NCBI GenBank assembly: GCA_963676835.2
Contig: CAXXFF010000002.1
Span: forward strand, 192,001 to 256,000
DNA: 64,000 nt
DNA from: Marispirochaeta sp.
GTDB taxonomy: Bacteria; Spirochaetota; Spirochaetia; JC444; Marispirochaetaceae
Direction: 5' to 3'
In this document: positions 55,622 through 64,000 of the stretch, in pieces
Layout of the letters: the number at the start of each line of letters is the position of its first letter
Position numbering within the stretch: position 1 is the stretch's first letter
Translations under genes and position numbers: made by a program
The notes under the pieces: model-generated
What the model saw: the letters and a program-made list of their open reading frames with translations, nothing else
The model's database searches: none
What the model was told of the DNA's origin: nothing

Positions 55622-56314
55622 TCAATGTCGATGGACTATTTGGTCAACAAACTTTTTCAACCGGTCACGGTACAAAAATGCCAATACCGTGGCCAGGGCA
55701 ACCAGTCCGGTAATTACTCCCAGGAGTACCCAGTTGCCCCCTGCGGCAGCACTGCCGGCAAGAACACTGCTCAGCAGGCCGGGAAACCTGCCCGCAAGAG
55801 AGAGGGTAAAAAACAGGGGAAGAGAAATAGTGCTCACACCGGCAAGATAACAGAGTGCATCTTTGGGAAAGCCGGGAATAAGAAAGAAAAGAAAAAGCCC
55901 CGTATGGGCCCTGTTTGAAGAAATAAGATGCGAGAACCTGCTGTAGCGTTCTTTTCCAAGTACTGTTTTCACAAAGGGAGAACCGAAAAACCGGCCGATA
56001 AAGAAATTCACCCCGGATCCCAGGCCTATGCCGGCAAGAGAAAGCAGCAGGCCCCTGGCAGTACCAAACAGATAGCCCCCGGCAATCTGGGGAACTTCGC
56101 CGGGAATCATAAAGATCAGTACCTGAAAGAACTGCACAATCACAAAAACAAGGGGTGCCGCAGGCCGGGATTCAACCCAGCGGGCAAAACTCCCGGGGCT
56201 GGTGAAAACCTGATGTATCCTGTTCCAGTGGATAATTACCAGCCCGGCGAACAACAGCAGCAACAGAGGAAAAACCATGCCTACAAGCACTTCGATCTTT
56301 CTGGATTTCTCCAT
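55622..56314 (-). CDS. TVP38/TMEM64 (DedA/SNARE-associated) membrane protein
   Basis: IPGEV....GGYLFG and FLIPGFPKD.LCY motifs; hydrophobic. Confidence 0.85.
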   Translation of the reverse strand: MEKSRKIEVLVGMVFPLLLLLFAGLVIIHWNRIHQVFTSPGSFARWVESRPAAPLVFVIVQFFQVLIFMIPGEVPQIAGGYLFGTARGLLLSLAGIGLGSGVNFFIGRFFGSPFVKTVLGKERYSRFSHLISSNRAHTGLFLFFLIPGFPKDALCYLAGVSTISLPLFFTLSLAGRFPGLLSSVLAGSAAAGGNWVLLGVITGLVALATVLAFLYRDRLKKFVDQIVHRH

Positions 56315-56380
56315 ACAGCTAATGTACAGAAAGCACTCCTCAAAGGCTACAACTGTCTCTGTGCCCGCCCGTTACAGCCT

Positions 56381-56409
56381 TTGACTCTCTGGCCCTGATT
56401 CGCTATAAT
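56381..56409 (+). promoter_or_regulatory. near-consensus sigma70 promoter of carD-ispD-ispF-nth (leaderless)
   Basis: TTGACT-N17-TATAAT ending 7 nt before the carD ATG; no SD. Confidence 0.8.
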
Positions 56410-56416
56410 TACCACC

Positions 56417-56935
56417 ATGGAATCAGCCGCACAGTCGAAAACCTCGACCCAATATAAAGAAAACCAGGAAGTGGTTTATCCTCTCCAGGGTGTCGGAAAA
56501 ATCACCAGTATAGAAGAGAAGGACTTCAAAGGAAAAAAGCTTCTCTACTATATTGTCTACCTCGAAGTCTCCGATATGACCGTAATGATCCCGGTAGATA
56601 AGGCAGACGAACTGGGCATCCGGGCTATTGTCTCCAAGGATGAATCCAAGAAAGCACTGAAGCTTATCTCCGAGGAGCATGAGCCGATTACTGCAGACTG
56701 GAAAATGCGCTATCAGATGAACCTTGATCTGCTGAAAAGCGGCAGTGTCATGGATATCGCCACTGTTGTGCGCACTCTGTATCACCGCAGCAAAATCAAG
56801 GAGCTGCCAATCCTTGAAAGAAAGCTTTTCGACAGTGCCCTGAAACTGCTGGTAGATGAAATTTCATACTCTCTGGGAAAAAGTAAAGACGAGGTGGACA
56901 CCCTTATCTTTTCCAGGCTGGAATCCAGGGAATAG
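56417..56935 (+). CDS. carD: CarD family RNA polymerase-binding regulator
   Basis: VVYPLQGVGKI, MIPV..A..LGIR and conserved W motifs; upstream of ispD-ispF. Confidence 0.92.
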   Translation: MESAAQSKTSTQYKENQEVVYPLQGVGKITSIEEKDFKGKKLLYYIVYLEVSDMTVMIPVDKADELGIRAIVSKDESKKALKLISEEHEPITADWKMRYQMNLDLLKSGSVMDIATVVRTLYHRSKIKELPILERKLFDSALKLLVDEISYSLGKSKDEVDTLIFSRLESRE

Positions 56936-56944
56936 TCTCTCCCT

Positions 56945-57610
56945 ATGAGAGCTGCTGTTATCGTTACAGCCGCCGGCTCCAGCCGGAGATTCGGCGGCAG
57001 CATGAAAAAAGAATATCTTAGCCTCGGCTCCGGCAGCGTACTCTCCAGCGCTTTACTGCCCTTTCTCAATACCTCAGTCTTTTCCCATCTGGTGGTCACA
57101 GTGCCCGCAGGCGGCGAAGCTGACGCCCGGGAATCCCTGTCGGACTGCCCGAGGCTTGATGAAATCATTTTTGTCACCGGCGGCGAGACCCGGCAGGCTT
57201 CCGTATTTGAAGGTCTGAAGGCACTCAAGGAGATCAATCCCGAAGTGGTTCTGATACATGACGGAGCCCGCCCCTGGTGCAGCAGCGATATAGCCGAGTC
57301 CGTGGCCAGGAGAGCTTACGAAGCCGGCGGCTGTGCTCCCTCCGTTCCCTCCGTGGATGCCATGAAGATAATAAGCCGGGAGGGATTCATAATTGATCAC
57401 CTTTCCCGGGAAACAACCTTCCGCATTCAAACCCCCCAGGGCTTTCTCTATGAAGACATATTTGAAGCCCACGAAAAAGCTGCCAATGACAGCGGTATCT
57501 ATATTGATGACACAGAAATTTACGGCCGCTACATCGGTGCGGTAGCTACTGTCCCGGGAGATGAAGCAAACCGTAAGATCACCTATCAGGAAGATCTCCA
57601 GAAATCATGA
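56945..57610 (+). CDS. ispD: 2-C-methyl-D-erythritol 4-phosphate cytidylyltransferase
   Basis: AAGSSRRFG, GGETRQASV, IHDGARP, QTPQ and KIT motifs. Confidence 0.93.
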   Translation: MRAAVIVTAAGSSRRFGGSMKKEYLSLGSGSVLSSALLPFLNTSVFSHLVVTVPAGGEADARESLSDCPRLDEIIFVTGGETRQASVFEGLKALKEINPEVVLIHDGARPWCSSDIAESVARRAYEAGGCAPSVPSVDAMKIISREGFIIDHLSRETTFRIQTPQGFLYEDIFEAHEKAANDSGIYIDDTEIYGRYIGAVATVPGDEANRKITYQEDLQKS

Positions 57611-58089
57611 CACCGAATATACGCATTGGACTTGGATACGATCTGCATCGTCTGGTGGAAGGGCGGCCGCTGATTCTCGGCGGCGTAACCGTACCTGCCC
57701 CATTCGGTGAAGATGGACATTCTGATGGAGATGTGCTGATTCATGCGGTTATAGACGCGCTCCTCGGCGCCGCGGCACTGGGGGATATTGGAACCCATTT
57801 TCCACCATCAGATGACGCCTACAAAAATATCGACAGCCGGATACTGCTATCCCGTACTGTAGAGCTGCTCAACAGACATGAATTTCGCCTGATAAATCTG
57901 GATGCCACCGTAATTTTACAGACACCGAAACTGATGGAATATATTCCCGCCATCCGCGCCCTGCTGGCGGAAGACCTCGGTACCGGCATTGAAAATGTAA
58001 GCATCAAGGCGAAAACCAACGAAAAGGTTGATGCCCTGGGTGAAAGCAGGGCTGTCGCTGTCCATGCGGCTGTCCTTATTACAAAATGA
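57607..58089 (+). CDS. ispF: 2-C-methyl-D-erythritol 2,4-cyclodiphosphate synthase
   Basis: GLGYDLH, GHSDGDV, GDIGTHFP and KAKTNE motifs. Confidence 0.95.
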   Translation: MTPNIRIGLGYDLHRLVEGRPLILGGVTVPAPFGEDGHSDGDVLIHAVIDALLGAAALGDIGTHFPPSDDAYKNIDSRILLSRTVELLNRHEFRLINLDATVILQTPKLMEYIPAIRALLAEDLGTGIENVSIKAKTNEKVDALGESRAVAVHAAVLITK

Positions 58090-58751
58090 TTCTGAATCCC
58101 CCCGCTGACTGGAACGCATTTTTTTCAAGCCTGAGAATATTAACTCGGGATGCTCCTGTTCCCTCTATCAATCAGGTTGCAGGGGAGATCCCCGATCCTT
58201 TTCGTGTGCTGATCTCCACCATTATCTCCCTGCGCACAAAAGACGAAGTAACCATCGCGGCTTCTGAACGCCTCTTTGCCCGGGCAGACACTCCCGGACA
58301 TATTCTAAATACTCCGGAAAGCGAAATTGCAGAACTGATTTTTCCCTGCGGGTTCTATAAAACGAAAGCGGTGACCATCCGTACAGTTTCGCAACTGCTG
58401 ATAGAAAGACATGGAGGCATGGTGCCCGACAGCTTTGATGCCTTAACAGCACTCCCCGGAGTGGGTGCGAAGACCGCCAATCTTACCCTGGGACTGGCCT
58501 TCGGAATTCCCTCCATCTGCGTGGATACCCACGTTCACCGCATACCCAACCGCATGGGATGGATCGCAAGCTCCAATCCGGAAGAGACGGAGACAGATCT
58601 GGAACAGATTCTGCCCCGGGAGTTCTGGATAGAAATAAACAGCCTTATGGTAGCTTTCGGCAAAACAGTTTGTGTTCCCGTGAGCCCCTGGTGCGGGAAA
58701 TGTCCGTTTTTTGAAGACTGCCCCAAAGCGGGAGTAAAAAAGCAGCGGTAA
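58086..58751 (+). CDS. nth: endonuclease III
   Basis: HhH LPGVGAKTAN, VDTHVHR and a C-x6-C-x2-C-x5-C Fe-S motif. Confidence 0.93.
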   Translation: MILNPPADWNAFFSSLRILTRDAPVPSINQVAGEIPDPFRVLISTIISLRTKDEVTIAASERLFARADTPGHILNTPESEIAELIFPCGFYKTKAVTIRTVSQLLIERHGGMVPDSFDALTALPGVGAKTANLTLGLAFGIPSICVDTHVHRIPNRMGWIASSNPEETETDLEQILPREFWIEINSLMVAFGKTVCVPVSPWCGKCPFFEDCPKAGVKKQR

Positions 58752-58760
58752 AAATCAGCG

Positions 58761-59948
58761 CTACTCATCTACAGGAAAGAAAAATGAAAAATGACCGGTA
58801 CCCGGAGAGACTTCCATGGTGCCGCCCATTCGTTCCGTCAGCCCCTGCATAAGCTGAAGTCCCAGAGAAGTTTCTGACCGGTGCTTGAAATCTTCAGGCA
58901 CTCCGACACCGAAATCCTGATAATCAAGAAGATAGCGGTTACGTACCCGGCTGAATGATATCTGTATTCTGCCTTTCTGTTCATTGCCGTAGCCGTGCCG
59001 CACTGTGTTGGTAATCAGCTCGGTGATGATAAGACCGAACCAGATACCGCTGTCTGCATCGACTTCGGCCTCCGCTATATCGTACTCAAGGGTAAATCTG
59101 TCACGAATAGTCATGGAATCAATAATCTGGGGTATAAGTTTATTCAGATAATAAGAAAGATCCACCGTGGCAAAAACCTGTCCATCATGAAGGTGTTGAT
59201 AAACTAAAGCTATGGATTCCACCTTATTGCCCAGATGTTCAAGCAGATGCCTGCAGGAAAGGAACTCCGGCTCGTCCTGACTGAGCCTGATAAACCCGAG
59301 GATCATGGACAGGGAATTCTTTACCCGGTGATGTACTTCACGGAGGAGCATCTCCTTCTCGTGGAGGGCCTGACGGATCTCCTCCACTGAACGTCCCCGG
59401 TACATTGCATTCCGGGCAACAATGGATACCCCCTTCAGCATTCCAGATTCAGCCTCTCCCCAACTGCAGCCTTCACCCAGAAACAGCAGAAACAGGGCAT
59501 CGACACCACCGCGGACAGACACTGGAGCCGCCGCAACAAGAAAGGAGCCGCTGTCCCTACCGGAGAGTTCCGGCAGCAGTTCCTGCAGTTTGCCCGAAAA
59601 GACAGCCCCTCCGGAAATCTGATCAACACTGATGGCCGGATAGTCCACTACCGACAAAGCAGCCTCACATTCAGGATCAAGGCCTCTATTTACCGATAGA
59701 ATAAAATTTCCGGTGATACTGTTTGCAAGCAGGATTCCTCCGCCGGAAAACAGCTCCATCTTCAGGAGAGATTCAAGCAGATACGCGAACATTTCGGTAA
59801 GGGAGATACTGCTGTCGGCTTTTTCAATTAAACCATAGGGAAACTGCTGGAGCTTTATTGTTTTCTCCATCTTTGCAAGTTCAGCCTGCAAATTACGGTT
59901 TTCCGCAGCGAGGTGGTCAATTTTTTTTATATAACTTTCCTGCTCCAT
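58761..59948 (-). CDS. sensor histidine kinase (HisKA_2 type) with GAF-like input domain
   Basis: LLREVHHRVKN, ELITN, DFGVG and SLGL motifs. Confidence 0.88.
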   Translation of the reverse strand: MEQESYIKKIDHLAAENRNLQAELAKMEKTIKLQQFPYGLIEKADSSISLTEMFAYLLESLLKMELFSGGGILLANSITGNFILSVNRGLDPECEAALSVVDYPAISVDQISGGAVFSGKLQELLPELSGRDSGSFLVAAAPVSVRGGVDALFLLFLGEGCSWGEAESGMLKGVSIVARNAMYRGRSVEEIRQALHEKEMLLREVHHRVKNSLSMILGFIRLSQDEPEFLSCRHLLEHLGNKVESIALVYQHLHDGQVFATVDLSYYLNKLIPQIIDSMTIRDRFTLEYDIAEAEVDADSGIWFGLIITELITNTVRHGYGNEQKGRIQISFSRVRNRYLLDYQDFGVGVPEDFKHRSETSLGLQLMQGLTERMGGTMEVSPGTGHFSFFFPVDE

Positions 59949-59995
59949 ACTTCTGTTAATAAGGAAGAGTAGTATGTTTTTTCAGCGATTTCAAG

Positions 59996-60027
59996 AAAAA
60001 AGGCCCTGAAGTACAAACTTCAGGGCC
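59996..60027 (-). terminator. intrinsic terminator of the fusA operon
   Basis: Perfect 11-bp stem ggccctgaagt/acttcagggcc with a 4-nt loop; T-run on the minus strand. Confidence 0.85.
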
Positions 60028-60057
60028 CTGCAATGCTGTTAAATAAACCGTTAAAGC

Positions 60058-60762
60058 TTATTCCCGTGCAATAAGCATGGTTTTTGGATCCAGCATAAGA
60101 TGCATGTCTGTAAGCTCTTTGCTTTCGTGATCCTTTACAGCCTTCAGCTTAACATGATCCCCGTCATACGCCAGGGTTATAATCACATCAAGATAATCCT
60201 CAAAAGATTTAAGCTGAATAGGATGGCCGGCTTCATCAAAATAGGGTTCTTCCGGCTTCAGGGAAGCGCTGAACCATACTTCAACACCCTTCTGCTCAGC
60301 AAAATCGCGGATCTTCTTCAAGTCATCCGCAGATGCCATGGTAAAATCAAATCCATCGAAAAGAACCTGATCTGCCGCGAAGTTACCTTCACTGATCATG
60401 GCCCCGATACTGCTGAGGATCTGCTCAGTAGAAATTCCCGACTGGTTGAAGTTCATAATCACACGGTTCTTGATAATTTCGTCATGAACAGAAACCGCAT
60501 TCTCAAGCTCTCTCTTCTTGGAAATTTCTCCAAAGATATCCTCATACCAGCTGACAATGTGGTCAACCTTGGAAGAAAAGGAGACATGAATTACATGTTT
60601 GTCATTGAAGAGCTGATCAGTGGCAATATGCACCAGACAGGCTGTCTTTCCGACACCTTTCCGGGAGGCAAGCACACCAATGCGCCCTTTGCCCAGACCG
60701 CCATGGATGGATTTCTCGAAAATCCTTAACGGACTGCGCTTGATAAGTTCAGATTTAACCAT
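60058..60762 (-). CDS. RecA/KaiC-like P-loop protein of unknown function
   Basis: GGLGKGRIGVLASRKGVGKT (Walker A) and VLFDG (Walker B); 9 nt downstream of fusA. Confidence 0.8.
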   Translation of the reverse strand: MVKSELIKRSPLRIFEKSIHGGLGKGRIGVLASRKGVGKTACLVHIATDQLFNDKHVIHVSFSSKVDHIVSWYEDIFGEISKKRELENAVSVHDEIIKNRVIMNFNQSGISTEQILSSIGAMISEGNFAADQVLFDGFDFTMASADDLKKIRDFAEQKGVEVWFSASLKPEEPYFDEAGHPIQLKSFEDYLDVIITLAYDGDHVKLKAVKDHESKELTDMHLMLDPKTMLIARE

Positions 60763-60771
60763 TCCTACCCC

Positions 60772-62865
60772 CTATTTTCCTTGCTCTTTTCGCTTCTTCT
60801 CTTCGAACTCTTTCTTGAGCTCCTCAGAGATTCCTGCCGGTACGCGTCCGTACTTTTCAAACTCCATGGTGTACTCCGCCTTACCCTGGGTAAGTGAACG
60901 AAGGACTGTGGAATAACCGAACATCTCACTAAGAGGTACTTCAGCTTCCACCCGGCAGAAGTTTCCGTCTTCGACGGATGCTACTATTATACCCCGACGC
61001 TGGTTAATTGAGCCGAAAATATTTCCCTGAAATTCATTGGGTCCTTCAACAGAGACCTTCATAATGGGTTCAAGGATAACCGGTTTTGCTTTTGCATAGG
61101 CTTCACGGAAAGCGCCGATAGCGGCAATCTGGAAGGCCATATCGGAGGAGTCGACCGCGTGGGAAGCACCGTCCTGAAGAACAGCCTTGACACCAACAAT
61201 GGGGAATCCGATTAGGGTTCCTTTTTCCAGTGCAGACTGAAAACCCTTGTCACAGGCAGGGATATATTCAGTAGGAATGTTACCACCCTTAACCTGGTTT
61301 TCGAAAACATAGTTGCCTTCACCTTCATAAGGTTCAATATATCCGACAACCTTACCGTACTGTCCGGAACCACCGGTCTGTTTCTTGTGAACGTAATCAA
61401 AATTAGCCTGCTGACTGATTGCCTCACGGTATGCTACCTGGGGTGCTCCGGTGACAACCTCTGCCTTATACTCACGCTTCATACGCTCAACGTAAACTTC
61501 CAGATGAAGCTCTCCCATACCCTGAATTATAGTCTCATTTGACTCGGGATCAACATAAGTACGGAATGTCGGGTCTTCTTTTGTAAACCTGTTGAGGGCC
61601 TTGGCCATATTGTCCGATGCCTTCTTGTCTACAGGAGTGATCGCAAGGGTAATAACCGGGTTGGGAACAAACATGGAAGTCATTGAGTAGTTGAGATCGG
61701 GGTGACAGAAAGTGTCTCCTGAAGCACACTCAACACCGAAAAGGGCCGCGATTTCGCCGCATCCTGCTTCGGTAATATCTTCCATACTGTCCGCATGCAT
61801 CTTGATAAGACGTCCAACCTTGAACTTCTTGCGACTACGTACGTTGTAGAGCTCTGAACCTTTCTTGATCTCACCCTGATAAACACGGATGTAGGTAAGC
61901 TGTCCATACTGACCATCTTCCAGCTTGAAAGCAAGAGCCACAGGAGGCTTGGAAGCGTCGGAGGGCAGAACAATTTCTTCCTCGTTATTGTCCAGATCAA
62001 GGGCCTTGTTCTCAACCTCAGTGGGGTTGGGAAGGTAGGCAGTTACCGCATCAAGAAGGGACTGAACACCCTTGTTCTTGTATGCAGAACCGAGAAAAAC
62101 AGGAGTCAGGTCAAGGGAAAGAGTTCCAAGGCGCACTGCTTCATGAATGAGCTCTTCAGTAACCTGCTCCTCAAGCATTGCTTCCATAAGATCTTCGGAG
62201 AACATGGAAACAGCGTCCAGCATGATTTCCCGGCGTTCTTCCGCCAGATCCTGGAGTTCGGCGGGAATATCCTTAATCTGAATATCCTCTCCATCATCTC
62301 CATAGAAGTAAACGGCCTTCATGGTTACCAGATCGACAACTCCCTCAAGCTTCTCTTCGAGCCCGATGGGAATCTGCATCATGATCGCGTTGTGGCCGAG
62401 TTTTTCCTCAAGCTGATCCCGAACCTTGAAGGGGTTGGCTCCGGTACGGTCACACTTGTTGATAAATGCGATACGGGGAACGTTGTAGCGCTTCATCTGC
62501 CGGTCTACGGTAATAGACTGGGACTGAACACCACCAACGGAACAGAGAACAAGGATGGCTCCGTCCAGTACGCGCAGGGCACGTTCTACCTCAATGGTGA
62601 AGTCAACGTGGCCCGGAGTATCGATAATATTAATCTGTGTGTCTTTCCAGGTTACGTTGGTTGCGGCGGAAGCGATGGTAATTCCACGCTCTTTCTCCAG
62701 CTCCATGGAGTCCATGGTCGCCCCGACACCGTCCTTACCCCTAACTTCGTGTATTGCATGAATCCTCTTGCAGTAAAACAGGATCCGTTCGGTAAGGGTT
62801 GTTTTTCCGGAGTCGATATGGGCGCTGATACCGATATTCCTTAGATGGGTAATATCTTGGCTCAT
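60772..62865 (-). CDS. fusA: elongation factor G (spirochaete/mitochondrial EFG1-like)
   Basis: [23 protein letters not shown] and GMGELHL motifs. Confidence 0.97.
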   Translation of the reverse strand: MSQDITHLRNIGISAHIDSGKTTLTERILFYCKRIHAIHEVRGKDGVGATMDSMELEKERGITIASAATNVTWKDTQINIIDTPGHVDFTIEVERALRVLDGAILVLCSVGGVQSQSITVDRQMKRYNVPRIAFINKCDRTGANPFKVRDQLEEKLGHNAIMMQIPIGLEEKLEGVVDLVTMKAVYFYGDDGEDIQIKDIPAELQDLAEERREIMLDAVSMFSEDLMEAMLEEQVTEELIHEAVRLGTLSLDLTPVFLGSAYKNKGVQSLLDAVTAYLPNPTEVENKALDLDNNEEEIVLPSDASKPPVALAFKLEDGQYGQLTYIRVYQGEIKKGSELYNVRSRKKFKVGRLIKMHADSMEDITEAGCGEIAALFGVECASGDTFCHPDLNYSMTSMFVPNPVITLAITPVDKKASDNMAKALNRFTKEDPTFRTYVDPESNETIIQGMGELHLEVYVERMKREYKAEVVTGAPQVAYREAISQQANFDYVHKKQTGGSGQYGKVVGYIEPYEGEGNYVFENQVKGGNIPTEYIPACDKGFQSALEKGTLIGFPIVGVKAVLQDGASHAVDSSDMAFQIAAIGAFREAYAKAKPVILEPIMKVSVEGPNEFQGNIFGSINQRRGIIVASVEDGNFCRVEAEVPLSEMFGYSTVLRSLTQGKAEYTMEFEKYGRVPAGISEELKKEFEEKKRKEQGK

Positions 62866-63117
62866 ATTCTACTCTACCTCTCAAATATAATTGTATTTCC
62901 TGCTTTTCAAGCAATTTAGAGTCAGCAAGAAAGTTTTTATTCTTGTCAAATCAAGCAGGGGCGGAAGCACAGCTCCCACGGATGGCAATACTATAGAAAA
63001 TACGCATCTATTACAAGTACTGCAGATGCAGGAGACTCACTGCTATATCCTTTATTAACAGAAAGTTAACCCTTCAGGATACTGGCGGTCTGCGCCGGCT
63101 AAGGCTATACTGTATCA

Positions 63118-63891
63118 GTGGATATTTGCACAGGAACAAGCGGTTACTCCTATGGTGACTGGGTGGGGCCGGTCTATATGGAAGGAACAAAAAAAAGTGA
63201 TTTTTTCAGCCGCTACACACAGCTATTCAACTTTGTAGAGCTCAATTACAGCTACTACAGCTTTCCCGCAGCCCGGACCCTGAAGGCCCTTCAGGAAAAG
63301 GCACCAGAAGGATTCCGCTTTGCCCTTAAGGCTCATCAAAGCATGACCCACGAACAGGCAGACAACCTGCCGGACATCTGCGACCGCTTTACCGGGGTCC
63401 TTTCACCCCTACGAGAAGCAGGGTCCCTGGCGTCGGTGCTGCTCCAGTTTCCCTTCAGCTTTCACTACACAAAAGAGAACCGCCTGCGGCTTGATGCCCT
63501 TTGCAGGGGCCTTGAGAAAGTTCCGGTCCATGTGGAGTTCCGCAACACCGAATGGTTTCAGCAGAAAACCATTGACCAGCTGACAAGCCGGGGAGTCGGT
63601 ATTGTTACCTCGGACTATCCCCCGCTTCAGGGCCTGCCCGCATTTATCTTACACGGTGAAAATCCTGTTACTTACGTACGTTTTCACGGACGCAACAAAG
63701 AGAGCTGGTGGTCAGGAACCAATGTGAGCCGGTATGACTATCTCTACTCAAAAGAAGAGCTTGAAGAATGTATTCCGGTTCTTAAAGAAGCTGCGATAAA
63801 AAGCAAGGTTCTGCTGGTTGCCTTTAATAATCACTACAAAGGGAAGGCGGTGCAGAATGGGCGGGAGTTGGCGGGGCTGCTGGAGGAGTAA
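63118..63891 (+). CDS. DUF72 domain protein
   Basis: GTSGYSY..W, VELN.SYY, LLQFP.SF, EFRN..W, YVRFHG and FNNH motifs. Confidence 0.9.
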   Translation: MDICTGTSGYSYGDWVGPVYMEGTKKSDFFSRYTQLFNFVELNYSYYSFPAARTLKALQEKAPEGFRFALKAHQSMTHEQADNLPDICDRFTGVLSPLREAGSLASVLLQFPFSFHYTKENRLRLDALCRGLEKVPVHVEFRNTEWFQQKTIDQLTSRGVGIVTSDYPPLQGLPAFILHGENPVTYVRFHGRNKESWWSGTNVSRYDYLYSKEELEECIPVLKEAAIKSKVLLVAFNNHYKGKAVQNGRELAGLLEE

Positions 63892-64000
63892 GGACAGATA
63901 AAAAGAGAATCCGACCTGATATTCTCAGTCAGGTATCGAAAACAACTATGCTACATTTTTCTGCTTCTCGAGTTCCAATCCACCGTTGACAAACTCATGC

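Noticed and set aside
63900..64000. Weak hairpin and possible 3' end of a minus-strand gene at the window edge
   Set aside because: Too short to assign a frame or product.

Overview
Chromosomal segment that looks like a free-living spirochaete (Spirochaetaceae-like). This is inferred from the spirochaete/mitochondrial-type EF-G1, the many lipoproteins, the carD-ispD-ispF cluster and an FlgD-Ig-tailed giant protein. The backbone is housekeeping: malY/patB, galU, aroA, ltaE, htpG, yigZ, leuS, peptidases, an aroF-pheA fusion, oppA, malQ, carD-ispD-ispF-nth and fusA. Three accessory envelope blocks are embedded in it. (1) A 4564-aa secreted beta-helical adhesin-like protein with a ~2.9-kb near-identical internal duplication, a ~2640-residue lysine-free core and a T9SS-CTD-like/FlgD-Ig tail, flanked by two lipoproteins. 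(2) An islet after htpG in which a lipoprotein gene lies between two ~140-bp direct repeats (palindromic element plus terminator), followed by hicAB and a Uma2 nuclease. (3) A tightly coupled five-gene operon built from a repeated module of a predicted small beta-barrel OMP followed by a lipoprotein, with an antitoxin/PIN pair behind it; this is the best candidate for an undescribed system. Many genes appear to be transcribed as leaderless mRNAs. No rRNA, tRNA, CRISPR array, transposase or integrase was recognised. All calls are by eye; no searches were run.
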